A stretch of 56,638 bases of DNA, taken from the IMG/VR virus record IMGVR_UViG_3300009494_000003, positions 1-56,638 of that record. The stretch is one strand, 5' to 3'. This document shows, one piece after another, positions 10,646-19,167 of the stretch. The notes beneath the pieces were generated by a model, which was not told the DNA's origin, searched no databases, and saw nothing but the letters and a program-made list of their open reading frames with translations. The translations under genes and the position numbers were made by a program. The stretch's first letter is position 1; every line of letters begins with the position of its first letter. The stretch is from a virus. Its lineage: Duplodnaviria > Caudoviricetes.

Positions 10646-11943
10646 ATGTCCCACGAATGGAGTTGTCCCGTGGAAGGTTGTTCGCATACGGGCCAGACTG
10701 AAAAAGCGATAAAAATCCACATAACGACCAAGCACAAGATACCCAAGAATGCGCCGAATCGTCCGTCGCCTGTGCGTTTGTCAGGAGGCACGCCCACGCC
10801 CGAGCCCGAGCCGGAATTCACGCCCGCGTCTGGACCCGTGCCACCCCCGAGCCGTCTCAGCCTGCGGGGGCACCAATCGTTGCTCCCGAGCCCACACCAG
10901 CTGCTCCGAGCACCCCCGAGCCCATACCAGCGCCTGTGGACGATTCTGATAGGTTTGTACCCAGGCCTGCGGCCCCCGTCGTTCAGGAGCCTGCTCTCCA
11001 GGTTGTGCCTGAAGTCACACCCGAGTCTGTCCCCCAGATCACTCGTGAGCCAGATCAGTTCGCACCCGATGATGCGATCAATCCGGGGCTATCCTTGGCC
11101 AAGCCTGAGCCCCCTGCGGTCCAACCTCCATTTACAGCCCCGGTGCCCGAGCCTCAGCTCGTCAACGTACCCCTCGGCTCTGCGTTGCTTCTCGAAGGTC
11201 CCACGTGGTGGCAGCACCCCGGCACAGGTGCCTGGGAATCAGCCATAGCCGACAAGCTCACGGTACAGGTCGTGGCCAAGGAGGTTTCGGGTACAGGTGA
11301 CGTGATGTTGATCTGTCGCACCGAGGGCGGGAATGCACTGTGGTCGGTGCAAGAGCAGCAGGTGCTTTCCGGTGCGATAAAGCTCGTGCGGGCTGCCCCG
11401 GTTTCGCCAACGCTTGAATCTGAGGCCGCGCGTCCGGCGGATGGCCAGCGTGAGATCGAAAAACCCGATTTTGACTATTTTGAAGAACAGCGTGTGGAGC
11501 AGGAAAAACGCGAGGCGCTGGAGGAGGAGCGAAAAGAGTATGGGGCTCGCCTGGGGCGGTTTACGGACGCCAATCGGCGCAAGCTGAACGCGGAAAAGGA
11601 GTTCAAGCAGGTCAGGGGTGAGGAATATGAAAAGCTCGTTGAGTACGTCAAGCAGTACGGGGAGCCCTCGGAGCCGGGCAAGCAGGACGTGCAGGTTGTC
11701 GACTTCAACTACCAGGCTCGCGTGACTACGAAGCCTGGTGACAGCGGTATCCGGCGCAAGACGGAGATCATCGTCCAGTGGCTCCTTGACCACGAGATGG
11801 ACGAGTGCCTGACGCAGAACCTGAATCTCGTTGAGTGGGAGAAGGCGAAAAAGGACGGGCGTATTCCCGCCGATCTTGTTCGCGAGGTCGAAGAGCCGTA
11901 CAAGAATGCTGATACCTTTCAGTTCCGTACCGATCCGGTCTAG
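10646..11943 (+). pseudogene. C2H2 zinc finger / Pro-rich / coiled-coil protein split by a 1-nt frameshift near 10844-10848
   Basis: RBS AAGGAG + ATG 10646, CPVEGC..HITTKH finger; PEP-rich linker continues in the -1 frame (TPEPSQPAGAPIVAPEP) into ORF 10936-11943; one extra C in the C5 run would fuse the frames. Confidence 0.6.
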
Positions 11944-11986
11944 TTTTTGAAGGAACAGGAGCCCTAACCAAGAAAAGGGGTACAAA

Positions 11987-12469
11987 ATGAAATGGTCCAA
12001 ATTTTTACAAGCCCTCGACCACACTGATAAAGAGGTAATGGAGGCGGTCAAGCGCAACGGGGATGCACTCCAATATGTCAATGACCCGACTGAGGCTATA
12101 TGCATGGAGGCGGTCAAGCAAGATGGGTTTGTGCTTTCGTACATCAATGACCAGACTCTGGAGTTGTGCATGGAAGCGGTTAAGCAAAACGGTTGTGCGC
12201 TCCTACATGTCAATGACCAGACTCTGGAGTTGTGTATGGAAGCGGTTAAGCAAAACGGAAATGCGCTTCGATTTGCCAAGGACCAGACGCCTGAGCTGTG
12301 CATGGAGGCGGTCAGGCAAAACGGTTATGCGCTTTCAGATGTGAAGAAGCAGACGCCGGAATTGTGTTTAGCAGCCGTGAAGCAAAACAGGGACGTGCTT
12401 CGATTCATCGATAGGGGCATTTTCGAGCCAGATGGCGAAGAGATTGACACAAGTACGTCAAAACCTTGA
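11987..12469 (+). CDS. DUF4116-like 22-aa helical repeat protein
   Basis: Repeats 'EAVKQNGxALxYVxDQTxELCM'. Confidence 0.75.
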   Translation: MKWSKFLQALDHTDKEVMEAVKRNGDALQYVNDPTEAICMEAVKQDGFVLSYINDQTLELCMEAVKQNGCALLHVNDQTLELCMEAVKQNGNALRFAKDQTPELCMEAVRQNGYALSDVKKQTPELCLAAVKQNRDVLRFIDRGIFEPDGEEIDTSTSKP

Positions 12470-12499
12470 ACACAATAGAGGAACGCAGGAGAAAAACCA

Positions 12500-13201
12500 A
12501 TGAAATTGTCCGAATTTTTAAAGGCTGTTGGTGGCGACGAATCGGCAATAATCAATTATGCAGGCGAGGAGGCCATGAGGGCGGTCAGGTGTAGCGGAAA
12601 TGCGCTTCGATTTGCTAAGGACCAGACGCCTGAGTTGTGTATGGAGGCGGTCAAGCAAAACGTATTTGCGCTCCATTACGTCCATGGCCAGACGCCGGAG
12701 TTGTGTATGAAGGCGGTCAGGCAAAACGGTTATGCACTTCGCTACGCCCGGAACCAGACGCCTGAGTTGTGCATGGAAGCCATCAAGCAAAACGGAAATG
12801 CGCTTCAATACGCCCAGAACCAGACGCCTGAGTTGTGCATGGAGGCGGTTAAGCAAGATGGGTTTGCGCTTCGATACGTCAAGGATCAAATCGAGGCGGT
12901 GTGTATGGAAGCCATCAAGCAAAACGGAAATGCGCTTCAATACGCCCGGAACCAGACGCCTGAGTTGTGCATGGAGGCGGTTAAGCAAGATGGGTTTGCG
13001 CTCCTAGATGTGAAGAAGCAGACGCTGGAATTGTGTATGGAGGCGGTCAAGCAAGAGGGATACACGCTTTCATATGTCAAGGATCAGACGCCGGAACTGT
13101 GCATGGCAGCTGTGAGGCAAAACAGGGACGCGCTCCGCTACGTCAATAAGGGTATTTTTGATGCGCTGTCACGCTTGCCAGGCCAAGCTGAAAAACCTTG
13201 A
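12500..13201 (+). CDS. DUF4116-like 22-aa helical repeat protein
   Basis: About 9 repeats of the same consensus; RBS AGGAG. Confidence 0.75.
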   Translation: MKLSEFLKAVGGDESAIINYAGEEAMRAVRCSGNALRFAKDQTPELCMEAVKQNVFALHYVHGQTPELCMKAVRQNGYALRYARNQTPELCMEAIKQNGNALQYAQNQTPELCMEAVKQDGFALRYVKDQIEAVCMEAIKQNGNALQYARNQTPELCMEAVKQDGFALLDVKKQTLELCMEAVKQEGYTLSYVKDQTPELCMAAVRQNRDALRYVNKGIFDALSRLPGQAEKP

Positions 13202-14233
13202 GAGAGAAACACAGGAGGGAAGCTAATGAAGTGGTCAGAATTTTTAAAGGCTCTTGATTACACTGATAAAGAGGAGATGGAGGCGGTCAAGCACAATGGG
13301 TTCGCGCTTCAATACGTCCGGGAACCGACGTTGGAGTTGTGCATGGCGGCGGTTAAGCAAGATGGTTATGCGCTCGCATATGTAAAGGATCAAACCGAGG
13401 CGGTGTGCATAGCGGCGGTTAAGCAAGATGGGAAGGCGCTTCAATACGTCCAGGAACCGACGTTGGAGTTGTGCATGGCGGCGGTTAAGCAAGATGGTTA
13501 TGCGCTCCGACACGTCAAGGACCAGACGTTGGAGTTGTGCATGGCGGCGGTTAAGCAAGACGGGAAGGCGCTCCGATTTGTTAAAGACCAGACGTTGGAG
13601 TTGTGTATGGAGGCGGTTAAGCAAGACGGGAAGGCGCTTTTAGATGTGAAGAAGCAGACGCCGGAATTGTGTTTAGCAGTCGTGAGGCAAAATAGAGATG
13701 CGCTCCGATTTATCGATATGGGCGTTTTTGAGCCAGAAAGTAATGTTAACAAAGAAGCTCTTCGCCCCGAGTTTATCCAATTGCGCAAATGGGTTGGCGC
13801 AATGGATATCCGATTTGTTTCGTGGGAAGAGAGTGTTGAGGTAGAGATCAAGGCCGACCACGTAAACATATACCTGTACACAAATAAATATAAATACGCG
13901 ATTCAAGCCCGATGCAAGAGCCCAGACCGGTCCTCCTATCTTGGGTGTACTGTTGGGGGTCATGGCAAGTTTTCTGGTGGAAGGGACCTGGCGGATGGTG
14001 ACTTTTCAGAAGGCACGTGGCGTAAAATATTGTCCGATATCGTAAGCTGGGAGATGATCCCCGCTTCTACGGGGAGAACCCGGATAAACTGGGACAAGGC
14101 TTCTCCTGATCCTGTTTGATGCGCTGTCACGTTTGCCAGGCCAAGCTGAAAAACCTTGAGAGAGAAACACAGGAGGGAAGCTAATGAAGTGGTCAGAATT
14201 TTTAAAGGCTCTTGATTACACTGATAAAGAGGA
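13157..14233 (+). repeat. 119-bp direct repeat (13157-13275 and 14115-14233), 1 mismatch
   Basis: TTTGATGCGCTGTCACG(C/T)TTGCCAGG...CACTGATAAAGAGGA present twice, 958 bp apart. Confidence 0.9.
13226..14119 (+). CDS. DUF4116-like repeat protein fused to an unrelated C-terminal domain
   Basis: Repeats to about 13735, then 'SYLGC..GRDLADGDFSEGTWRKILSDIVSWE' domain. Confidence 0.7.
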   Translation: MKWSEFLKALDYTDKEEMEAVKHNGFALQYVREPTLELCMAAVKQDGYALAYVKDQTEAVCIAAVKQDGKALQYVQEPTLELCMAAVKQDGYALRHVKDQTLELCMAAVKQDGKALRFVKDQTLELCMEAVKQDGKALLDVKKQTPELCLAVVRQNRDALRFIDMGVFEPESNVNKEALRPEFIQLRKWVGAMDIRFVSWEESVEVEIKADHVNIYLYTNKYKYAIQARCKSPDRSSYLGCTVGGHGKFSGGRDLADGDFSEGTWRKILSDIVSWEMIPASTGRTRINWDKASPDPV

Positions 14234-14243
14234 AACAGCATGA
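14184..14243 (+). CDS. 19-aa mini-ORF (duplicated start of gene 13226), coupled by ATGA to gene 14240
   Basis: MKWSEFLKALDYTDKEETA*, with copied RBS; TGA overlaps ATG 14240. Confidence 0.5.
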   Translation: MKWSEFLKALDYTDKEETA

Positions 14244-14791
14244 AACCAAGTAAAAGCACAACGAACCCGACTCGTCGAGGCTTCTTTCGGTCAACAGGGC
14301 TGGTCTTGGGCGCGGCAATCGTGGCCCCGGGGGTCCTGGCCTCGGGGCTTATACAGGGTAAGGGTGGCAATCCAGGTGATATCCTGTGTAAGGGTTGTGG
14401 GGGGAAATTGTATGATGCCGAGCGGCACCTGAAATACCATTTTGAGTACTGGCCGATCAGCGACACACTCAAAGTTTCAGGGCCAAACGGATCGGGGTTG
14501 AAGTGCGTTCATTGTGGTTATTTGTCCTCCTGGGTGACAGGACAGACTTGGCCACAGGCGGCGCACACTGCACCCGAGGATATTCAGGTGTTTGATGACA
14601 TGGCCGACGAGCGGAATATAGTTCCACCCACAGTGCAAGCCCGGTTTGATGTTAGGATAGATAAACTAGAGAAACCTGAATGGACGCGAGATGCCTGTAA
14701 AGCGTATGGACTAAGGATTCAGGCCGCGTTTGATGATGAAATGGACATTTGGAGACGCGAGCGAGCTGCTTTGGGCTTGGCAGGGTGCTGA
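14240..14791 (+). CDS. Hypothetical protein with twin-arginine (Tat)-like signal and Zn-ribbon
   Basis: TRRGFF plus hydrophobic stretch ending VLA; CKGC...CVHC. Confidence 0.55.
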   Translation: MKPSKSTTNPTRRGFFRSTGLVLGAAIVAPGVLASGLIQGKGGNPGDILCKGCGGKLYDAERHLKYHFEYWPISDTLKVSGPNGSGLKCVHCGYLSSWVTGQTWPQAAHTAPEDIQVFDDMADERNIVPPTVQARFDVRIDKLEKPEWTRDACKAYGLRIQAAFDDEMDIWRRERAALGLAGC

Positions 14792-14825
14792 CACCCTGCT
14801 CCCCCTTCCCCGTGGAGGACAGGCA

Positions 14826-15137
14826 ATGAAAAAGCGGTTTTTGTGCAAGATCGGTGTTCACTCGTGGGTAGTCCAGCGGTCACGTGTGTTTGGGGGACCG
14901 CAGCCCATGGTGACTTGGGTAACCAAGTGCAAGCATTGCGACGCTGAGGCGGCTGTGTCGGTGCCCATTATATTGGATATGAAGAATATGGTGAGAGTGA
15001 ACGTGACATTTGCCAAGAGTATGATTGGGGCGGGTGATGAGTCAATAAAAGTCGTGGATAACCGAGCGCGAATTGTAGGGTTCGATCTTCATCTTCCTAC
15101 CCCTCACCCTAGATCTAAACAAATCCACATCCTGTAA
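14826..15137 (+). CDS. Hypothetical small protein (LCxxGxHxW...CxxC)
   Basis: RBS GGAGG; 'FLCKIGVHSW..KCKHC'. Confidence 0.5.
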   Translation: MKKRFLCKIGVHSWVVQRSRVFGGPQPMVTWVTKCKHCDAEAAVSVPIILDMKNMVRVNVTFAKSMIGAGDESIKVVDNRARIVGFDLHLPTPHPRSKQIHIL

Positions 15138-15146
15138 TTTATCTAC

Positions 15147-16724
15147 ATGTCTGTTGTCCTTCTCATTGATGGGAACCCCCTCGTCTGGCGCGCGGCCTAT
15201 GCCGGATACGGCGTGCGTGGCAACAGTAGCGTTTCCAAAGGGGTCCTGGGCTATTTCTATGCAATGATTGACAAATTCAGGCCTCGGGACCTTGTGGTTT
15301 GCTGGGACAAGGGCCGTTCTCGCTGGCGTTCTGAAATCTATCCTGATTACAAAGCCCACCGGATGGAAAAAAAGCGAGAGTCCGACCTCGATCTGGAGAT
15401 GGTCAAGGAACAATCTGGATACGTTCAGCGTTATCTGGAGGCCCTGGGGGTACGCCAGGTCGTCATTCCCGGTGTCGAGGCGGACGACACCTTGTCGTTG
15501 CTCTCAGAGCATTATTTTCACCTCGTGAAGGACCTTCCCGGTGCCCAGGTCATTATCGCAACCGGTGATCATGACCTCTGGCAATTGGTTCGCGAGGACG
15601 GCAAGATCGTGGTCTGGGATCCTCAAAAAGAATCTCTGATCGATCACGCGACTGTCGTGGAAACTCACGGGGTTCCACCAGGGCTGCTCCCTGATCTGAA
15701 GGCCCTGATGGGGGATGCGTCCGACAACTTGAAGGGAGTCAAGGGCATCGGTCAAAAAATTGGCTCAAAGCTGCTCCAAGATTACAAAAACCTGGGAGAA
15801 CTTTTGAGCCATGATTCTGGAATGTTGAAAGAACTTGGTAAACGTGTGGTAACCTTGCGGATCCTTGACGCAGATGACCTTCTGGGTGAAATGTACAGGC
15901 TCGTCAAGCTTCCGCATGTGGTCGAGGCCGTACATCTCCTTTCCACTACCGAATTTGGCCACCTCTCCCAGCAACTGACACAGCCGTTGGTGCGCGATGG
16001 TTTTCGCACACGTGTGATGGCCGAGCGGATTGGCAAGTCTTGCGCCGAGAGCGAGCCCTTGGTACCCGTTTCGACTCAGGATTTATCGAACATGGTGAGG
16101 CACATGGAAGCATATAAAGATCCGGGAACCGAGTGGACTTGCTTGCGCGAGGTTGATCAGGCTGTTATGGGTTGCAACGCGTGCCCCCTACGGCCCGACA
16201 CTGGGCAACACGGGTCAACGTTACCTGCCGGGCATGAACAGGCAGACATCATGCTCATCGGGCGTAATCCGGGGGCGCAGGAGCTGGAGAATGGATCTCC
16301 ATTTTGGCCTCAGGCCCCAGCCGGGGCCAGGTTGGACAAGTTTTTGGACGCCGTGGGTCTCACGCGGGGGGAATGCTGGATCACGAACGCCTGCAAATGT
16401 TACTCAATGTCGAACCGGGTGCCCACCTGGCCCGAGGTCATAGCGTGTTCTCGGTACTTGCGGGCTGAGATCGACTTGGTCAAGCCCGGGCTCATCATTT
16501 GCTTCGGGAACGAGGCCATGTCGCTCGTGACGCCGTATAAGAGCCGCGTGACGAAGCATTGTGGAGAGATCCTGACGCATCCGTCGAGTATTCTGGGTCG
16601 GATTCAGGCCATGGTGGCCATCAGTGTTCATCCGTCAGCCGCGTGCAGGGGTGGAGCGGGTGAGGCGAACATGAAGTACGCAGAGACGCAGGTGAAAGCC
16701 CTGCTGGAAAAGGTGACAGAATGA
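15147..16724 (+). CDS. 5'-3' exonuclease (Pol I N-terminal/FEN) fused to family-4-like uracil-DNA glycosylase
   Basis: LLIDGN, YPDYKAHR, EADD, TGDHDLWQL, GDASDNLKGVKGIG; then CNACPL, GRNPG..E, TNACKC, C, HPS. Confidence 0.85.
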   Translation: MSVVLLIDGNPLVWRAAYAGYGVRGNSSVSKGVLGYFYAMIDKFRPRDLVVCWDKGRSRWRSEIYPDYKAHRMEKKRESDLDLEMVKEQSGYVQRYLEALGVRQVVIPGVEADDTLSLLSEHYFHLVKDLPGAQVIIATGDHDLWQLVREDGKIVVWDPQKESLIDHATVVETHGVPPGLLPDLKALMGDASDNLKGVKGIGQKIGSKLLQDYKNLGELLSHDSGMLKELGKRVVTLRILDADDLLGEMYRLVKLPHVVEAVHLLSTTEFGHLSQQLTQPLVRDGFRTRVMAERIGKSCAESEPLVPVSTQDLSNMVRHMEAYKDPGTEWTCLREVDQAVMGCNACPLRPDTGQHGSTLPAGHEQADIMLIGRNPGAQELENGSPFWPQAPAGARLDKFLDAVGLTRGECWITNACKCYSMSNRVPTWPEVIACSRYLRAEIDLVKPGLIICFGNEAMSLVTPYKSRVTKHCGEILTHPSSILGRIQAMVAISVHPSAACRGGAGEANMKYAETQVKALLEKVTE

Positions 16725-16822
16725 AAATTTCAAGTAAGCGAATCGAGGAGATTGAGGCGGTGGACGAGGCTGCTCCAAGACCCAAAGCAACCCGCGACAT
16801 CCTTGATGGGGAGGGGGAGTGA
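16721..16822 (+). CDS. 33-aa cassette remnant MKISSKRIEEIE...ILDGEGE
   Basis: ATGA/TGATG-coupled at both ends; N- and C-termini resemble neighbouring cassettes. Confidence 0.5.
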   Translation: MKISSKRIEEIEAVDEAAPRPKATRDILDGEGE

Positions 16823-16953
16823 TGAATGAAGAAACGATATTCATCCTCGTTCTTATATTTTTTGGCATACCCATTTTCACGATGGTGATAGTCGCAATAT
16901 CGGCGGTGATGCTGGAATCTGTTGGTAAAACCGACGACGAGAAGGGGGAGTGA
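16822..16953 (+). CDS. Small membrane protein (43 aa)
   Basis: Single hydrophobic segment IFILVLIFFGIPIFTMVIVAISAVML; TGATG coupling. Confidence 0.55.
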   Translation: MNEETIFILVLIFFGIPIFTMVIVAISAVMLESVGKTDDEKGE

Positions 16954-17495
16954 TGGAAAACCAAGCAGCAAGAGAAATGACCTTGGTGGAAGTGGTAAAC
17001 GACTTGCCACCCAACCATCAGGCAAGGCGGGAATTTGCCGCGCTCATCACCCGCGCCGAAATAGCCGAAGCCAATAGCGAGCGGCTGGATGAGAAGCGCA
17101 AGTCCACCGAAGCTGATAACAGGCAGTTGGATATGCAATTACAGGTGGCGCTTGACAACGGCGATGAGAACGAAAAGGAAATAGAAAAAGCTGAGGCCGA
17201 TAATGAGCGGTTGCGGGAACTAACGTGCTGCAAGTGCGGTCGCAGTCTCGCACCTGATGGCGATTGTCACGGATGTCGGGCGGATAGGTTGGAGAAAGCG
17301 TTGGAGGCGGTGAAGAGGGATCGAAACCGGTTGCGCGACGTGGTTGCTGGGGGTGACACTGCCATTCGAAATGCTGCTTACGCCTTGAACGCTCGCGGAA
17401 CACCGCCCACAGACAGCGCCATCGTCCGAGAGTTGAAGGGTTATGATGACGGCATAAACATCGTTAACGTCATCCTCGACGGGAAGGGGAAGTGA
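16953..17495 (+). CDS. Coiled-coil hypothetical with Cys cluster
   Basis: AExxNxxL repeats; CCKC..CHGC; ends ILDGKGK. Confidence 0.6.
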   Translation: MENQAAREMTLVEVVNDLPPNHQARREFAALITRAEIAEANSERLDEKRKSTEADNRQLDMQLQVALDNGDENEKEIEKAEADNERLRELTCCKCGRSLAPDGDCHGCRADRLEKALEAVKRDRNRLRDVVAGGDTAIRNAAYALNARGTPPTDSAIVRELKGYDDGINIVNVILDGKGK

Positions 17496-17974
17496 TGAAA
17501 CTCACAAACGACAGAATCAAGGAGATTGAGAAGGAAATGGCAGGCCCGGCCTATCCGGAATGGGCATGTAACGAGGACGAGGCGATGCACCTGGCTACTG
17601 AACTCCTGGCAGAACACAAGGAGCAGGAGCGGAAGATCGAGCGGTTGGAGGGAGAACGAGATCAGGCGTATTTGGCGGGTCATTTGGCGCGTCCTGGTGC
17701 GATACCCGAGGACGTGATGACAGCGGCCCTTTCGGTGTGCGCTGTGCAAGAAGCCGAAACCCGCGCCGATGCCGCCGAGAAAGCGTTGAAGGCGGAAACA
17801 GCCCGCCTCGATTACATTCTGAGTTACTGCGAGATCGCCGATGTCGGCGACGTGGATGTGGTGATGGGTGTAATCGGACGGTGGGAGGATTTAGAGCATG
17901 CGCTGACCGGGAACGAGGCGGCAACAATCAGAGAATATCTCACCCGCGCCATCCTCGACGGGGAGGGGGAGTGA
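17495..17974 (+). CDS. Coiled-coil hypothetical (cassette family)
   Basis: Starts MKLTNDRIKEIE, ends TRAILDGEGE. Confidence 0.6.
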   Translation: MKLTNDRIKEIEKEMAGPAYPEWACNEDEAMHLATELLAEHKEQERKIERLEGERDQAYLAGHLARPGAIPEDVMTAALSVCAVQEAETRADAAEKALKAETARLDYILSYCEIADVGDVDVVMGVIGRWEDLEHALTGNEAATIREYLTRAILDGEGE

Positions 17975-18591
17975 TGAAAATTCCAGACGAACGAATCAGG
18001 GAGATTAAGGCGGACAGCGAACGTGATGCTGGAAGGTTGGCGGGATATGTTTTTGAACTCCTATCCGAGCGCAAGGAGCAGAAGCAGGAGATCGAGCACC
18101 TAGAATCCCAATGGATATTGGTCCCTGACATGCTTGAACGCGCCAAGTCCGCCGAGAAAGACAACGTTACACTGCGCGAGGAGATTGAGCGGTTGCGCAA
18201 GATGGTAGGCAACCGGGCTGATTACAGCGACGAGGAATTTGAAACTGCGTGGAAGCATTATCTGACCCTGCGGCGGCAGATCAGAGAGTCCGACAGTGAT
18301 GATGAAAAAGGCTCCTTGATGACCCAGGCCATGGAGCATGCCAAGAAGTACAGTATTTCTGTTTCCAAGGAAGAGGCTAAGAGGTTAGGGGGAGCGGCCT
18401 ATTCACTTGTGGTGGGTTTATTCGGCTTAGGCATTTGGGATCATATGACCGGGTTGGAGCTGAGGGAGATGCTTGGACGCTGCGGCTTTGTTGAGGGTGA
18501 TCTTGTTTTTAAGTGCCGTTCTACCGACGCCAAGAAGGCAGTACCCATAGATGACCTGCGTGAATATCAATGGGCAATCAAAGATCGATGA
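17974..18591 (+). CDS. Coiled-coil hypothetical (cassette family)
   Basis: Starts MKIPDERIREIK after the junction motif. Confidence 0.6.
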   Translation: MKIPDERIREIKADSERDAGRLAGYVFELLSERKEQKQEIEHLESQWILVPDMLERAKSAEKDNVTLREEIERLRKMVGNRADYSDEEFETAWKHYLTLRRQIRESDSDDEKGSLMTQAMEHAKKYSISVSKEEAKRLGGAAYSLVVGLFGLGIWDHMTGLELREMLGRCGFVEGDLVFKCRSTDAKKAVPIDDLREYQWAIKDR

Positions 18592-19151
18592 TACAGCGCC
18601 TCATACGCTCCAAGCCTGAGTACTATGCCCTTGCAGCCAGGGGGCTTGCTGGCAACAGTCCACGTATTTGGACCTCGGCATCGGCATTCTGTCTTGAGTC
18701 AGAAGATGCCATGGCGGGTCTGCGCATGACCAAAGCAGCGTCCGGTAAGTTTCGACCATATGTTCCACGGGGAAAGCTTCGGAAGACTATACAAAAGTTA
18801 GGGCTCAAGCCGGGTGAGTTCTACATATCGGAAATTTTGCCTCCCGATAACGCTCTGATTGCTGGTGAAGTAGGTTGTCCTCACGGAGATTGGGTTTTCT
18901 ACTACACGTATCAGAAGGATCAGATGCGGAAGGCCCTGGTCGAGAGCGGTCAGTATGTGTACGGGCGTTTGGCGGTGTGGGGATTGCTGGGTAAATACTG
19001 CTCGCCATCTGACGTGGACGATCTGCATGCGTTGTTCGATCTGTACTCCCCTGGTGGCATGTCACCAATAATTGAGTTGACCGCAGCGAGTAAGAATCTA
19101 GGCATGTTTCCACATCGAAATACACTCATATGGGAGATCCGGCATTATTAA
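18588..19151 (+). CDS. Hypothetical protein
   Basis: ATGA-coupled ORF, 187 aa. Confidence 0.55.
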   Translation: MIQRLIRSKPEYYALAARGLAGNSPRIWTSASAFCLESEDAMAGLRMTKAASGKFRPYVPRGKLRKTIQKLGLKPGEFYISEILPPDNALIAGEVGCPHGDWVFYYTYQKDQMRKALVESGQYVYGRLAVWGLLGKYCSPSDVDDLHALFDLYSPGGMSPIIELTAASKNLGMFPHRNTLIWEIRHY

Positions 19152-19167
19152 TCGAGGAGGAGAGGGA

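Larger units (their letters stand above)
16790..17978 (+). repeat. Gene-junction repeat CATCCTCGACGGGRAGGGGRAGTGATG at about 16790, 16935 (partial), 17471 and 17942 (also 24192)
   Basis: 16790-16826 vs 17942-17978: 37 bp with 3 mismatches; each copy holds RBS + stop + start. Confidence 0.85.

Noticed and set aside
11987-14233. Possible diversity-generating retroelement (TR/VR pair)
   Set aside because: No reverse transcriptase in the window; the 119-bp copies differ by one C/T, not adenine-specific changes.
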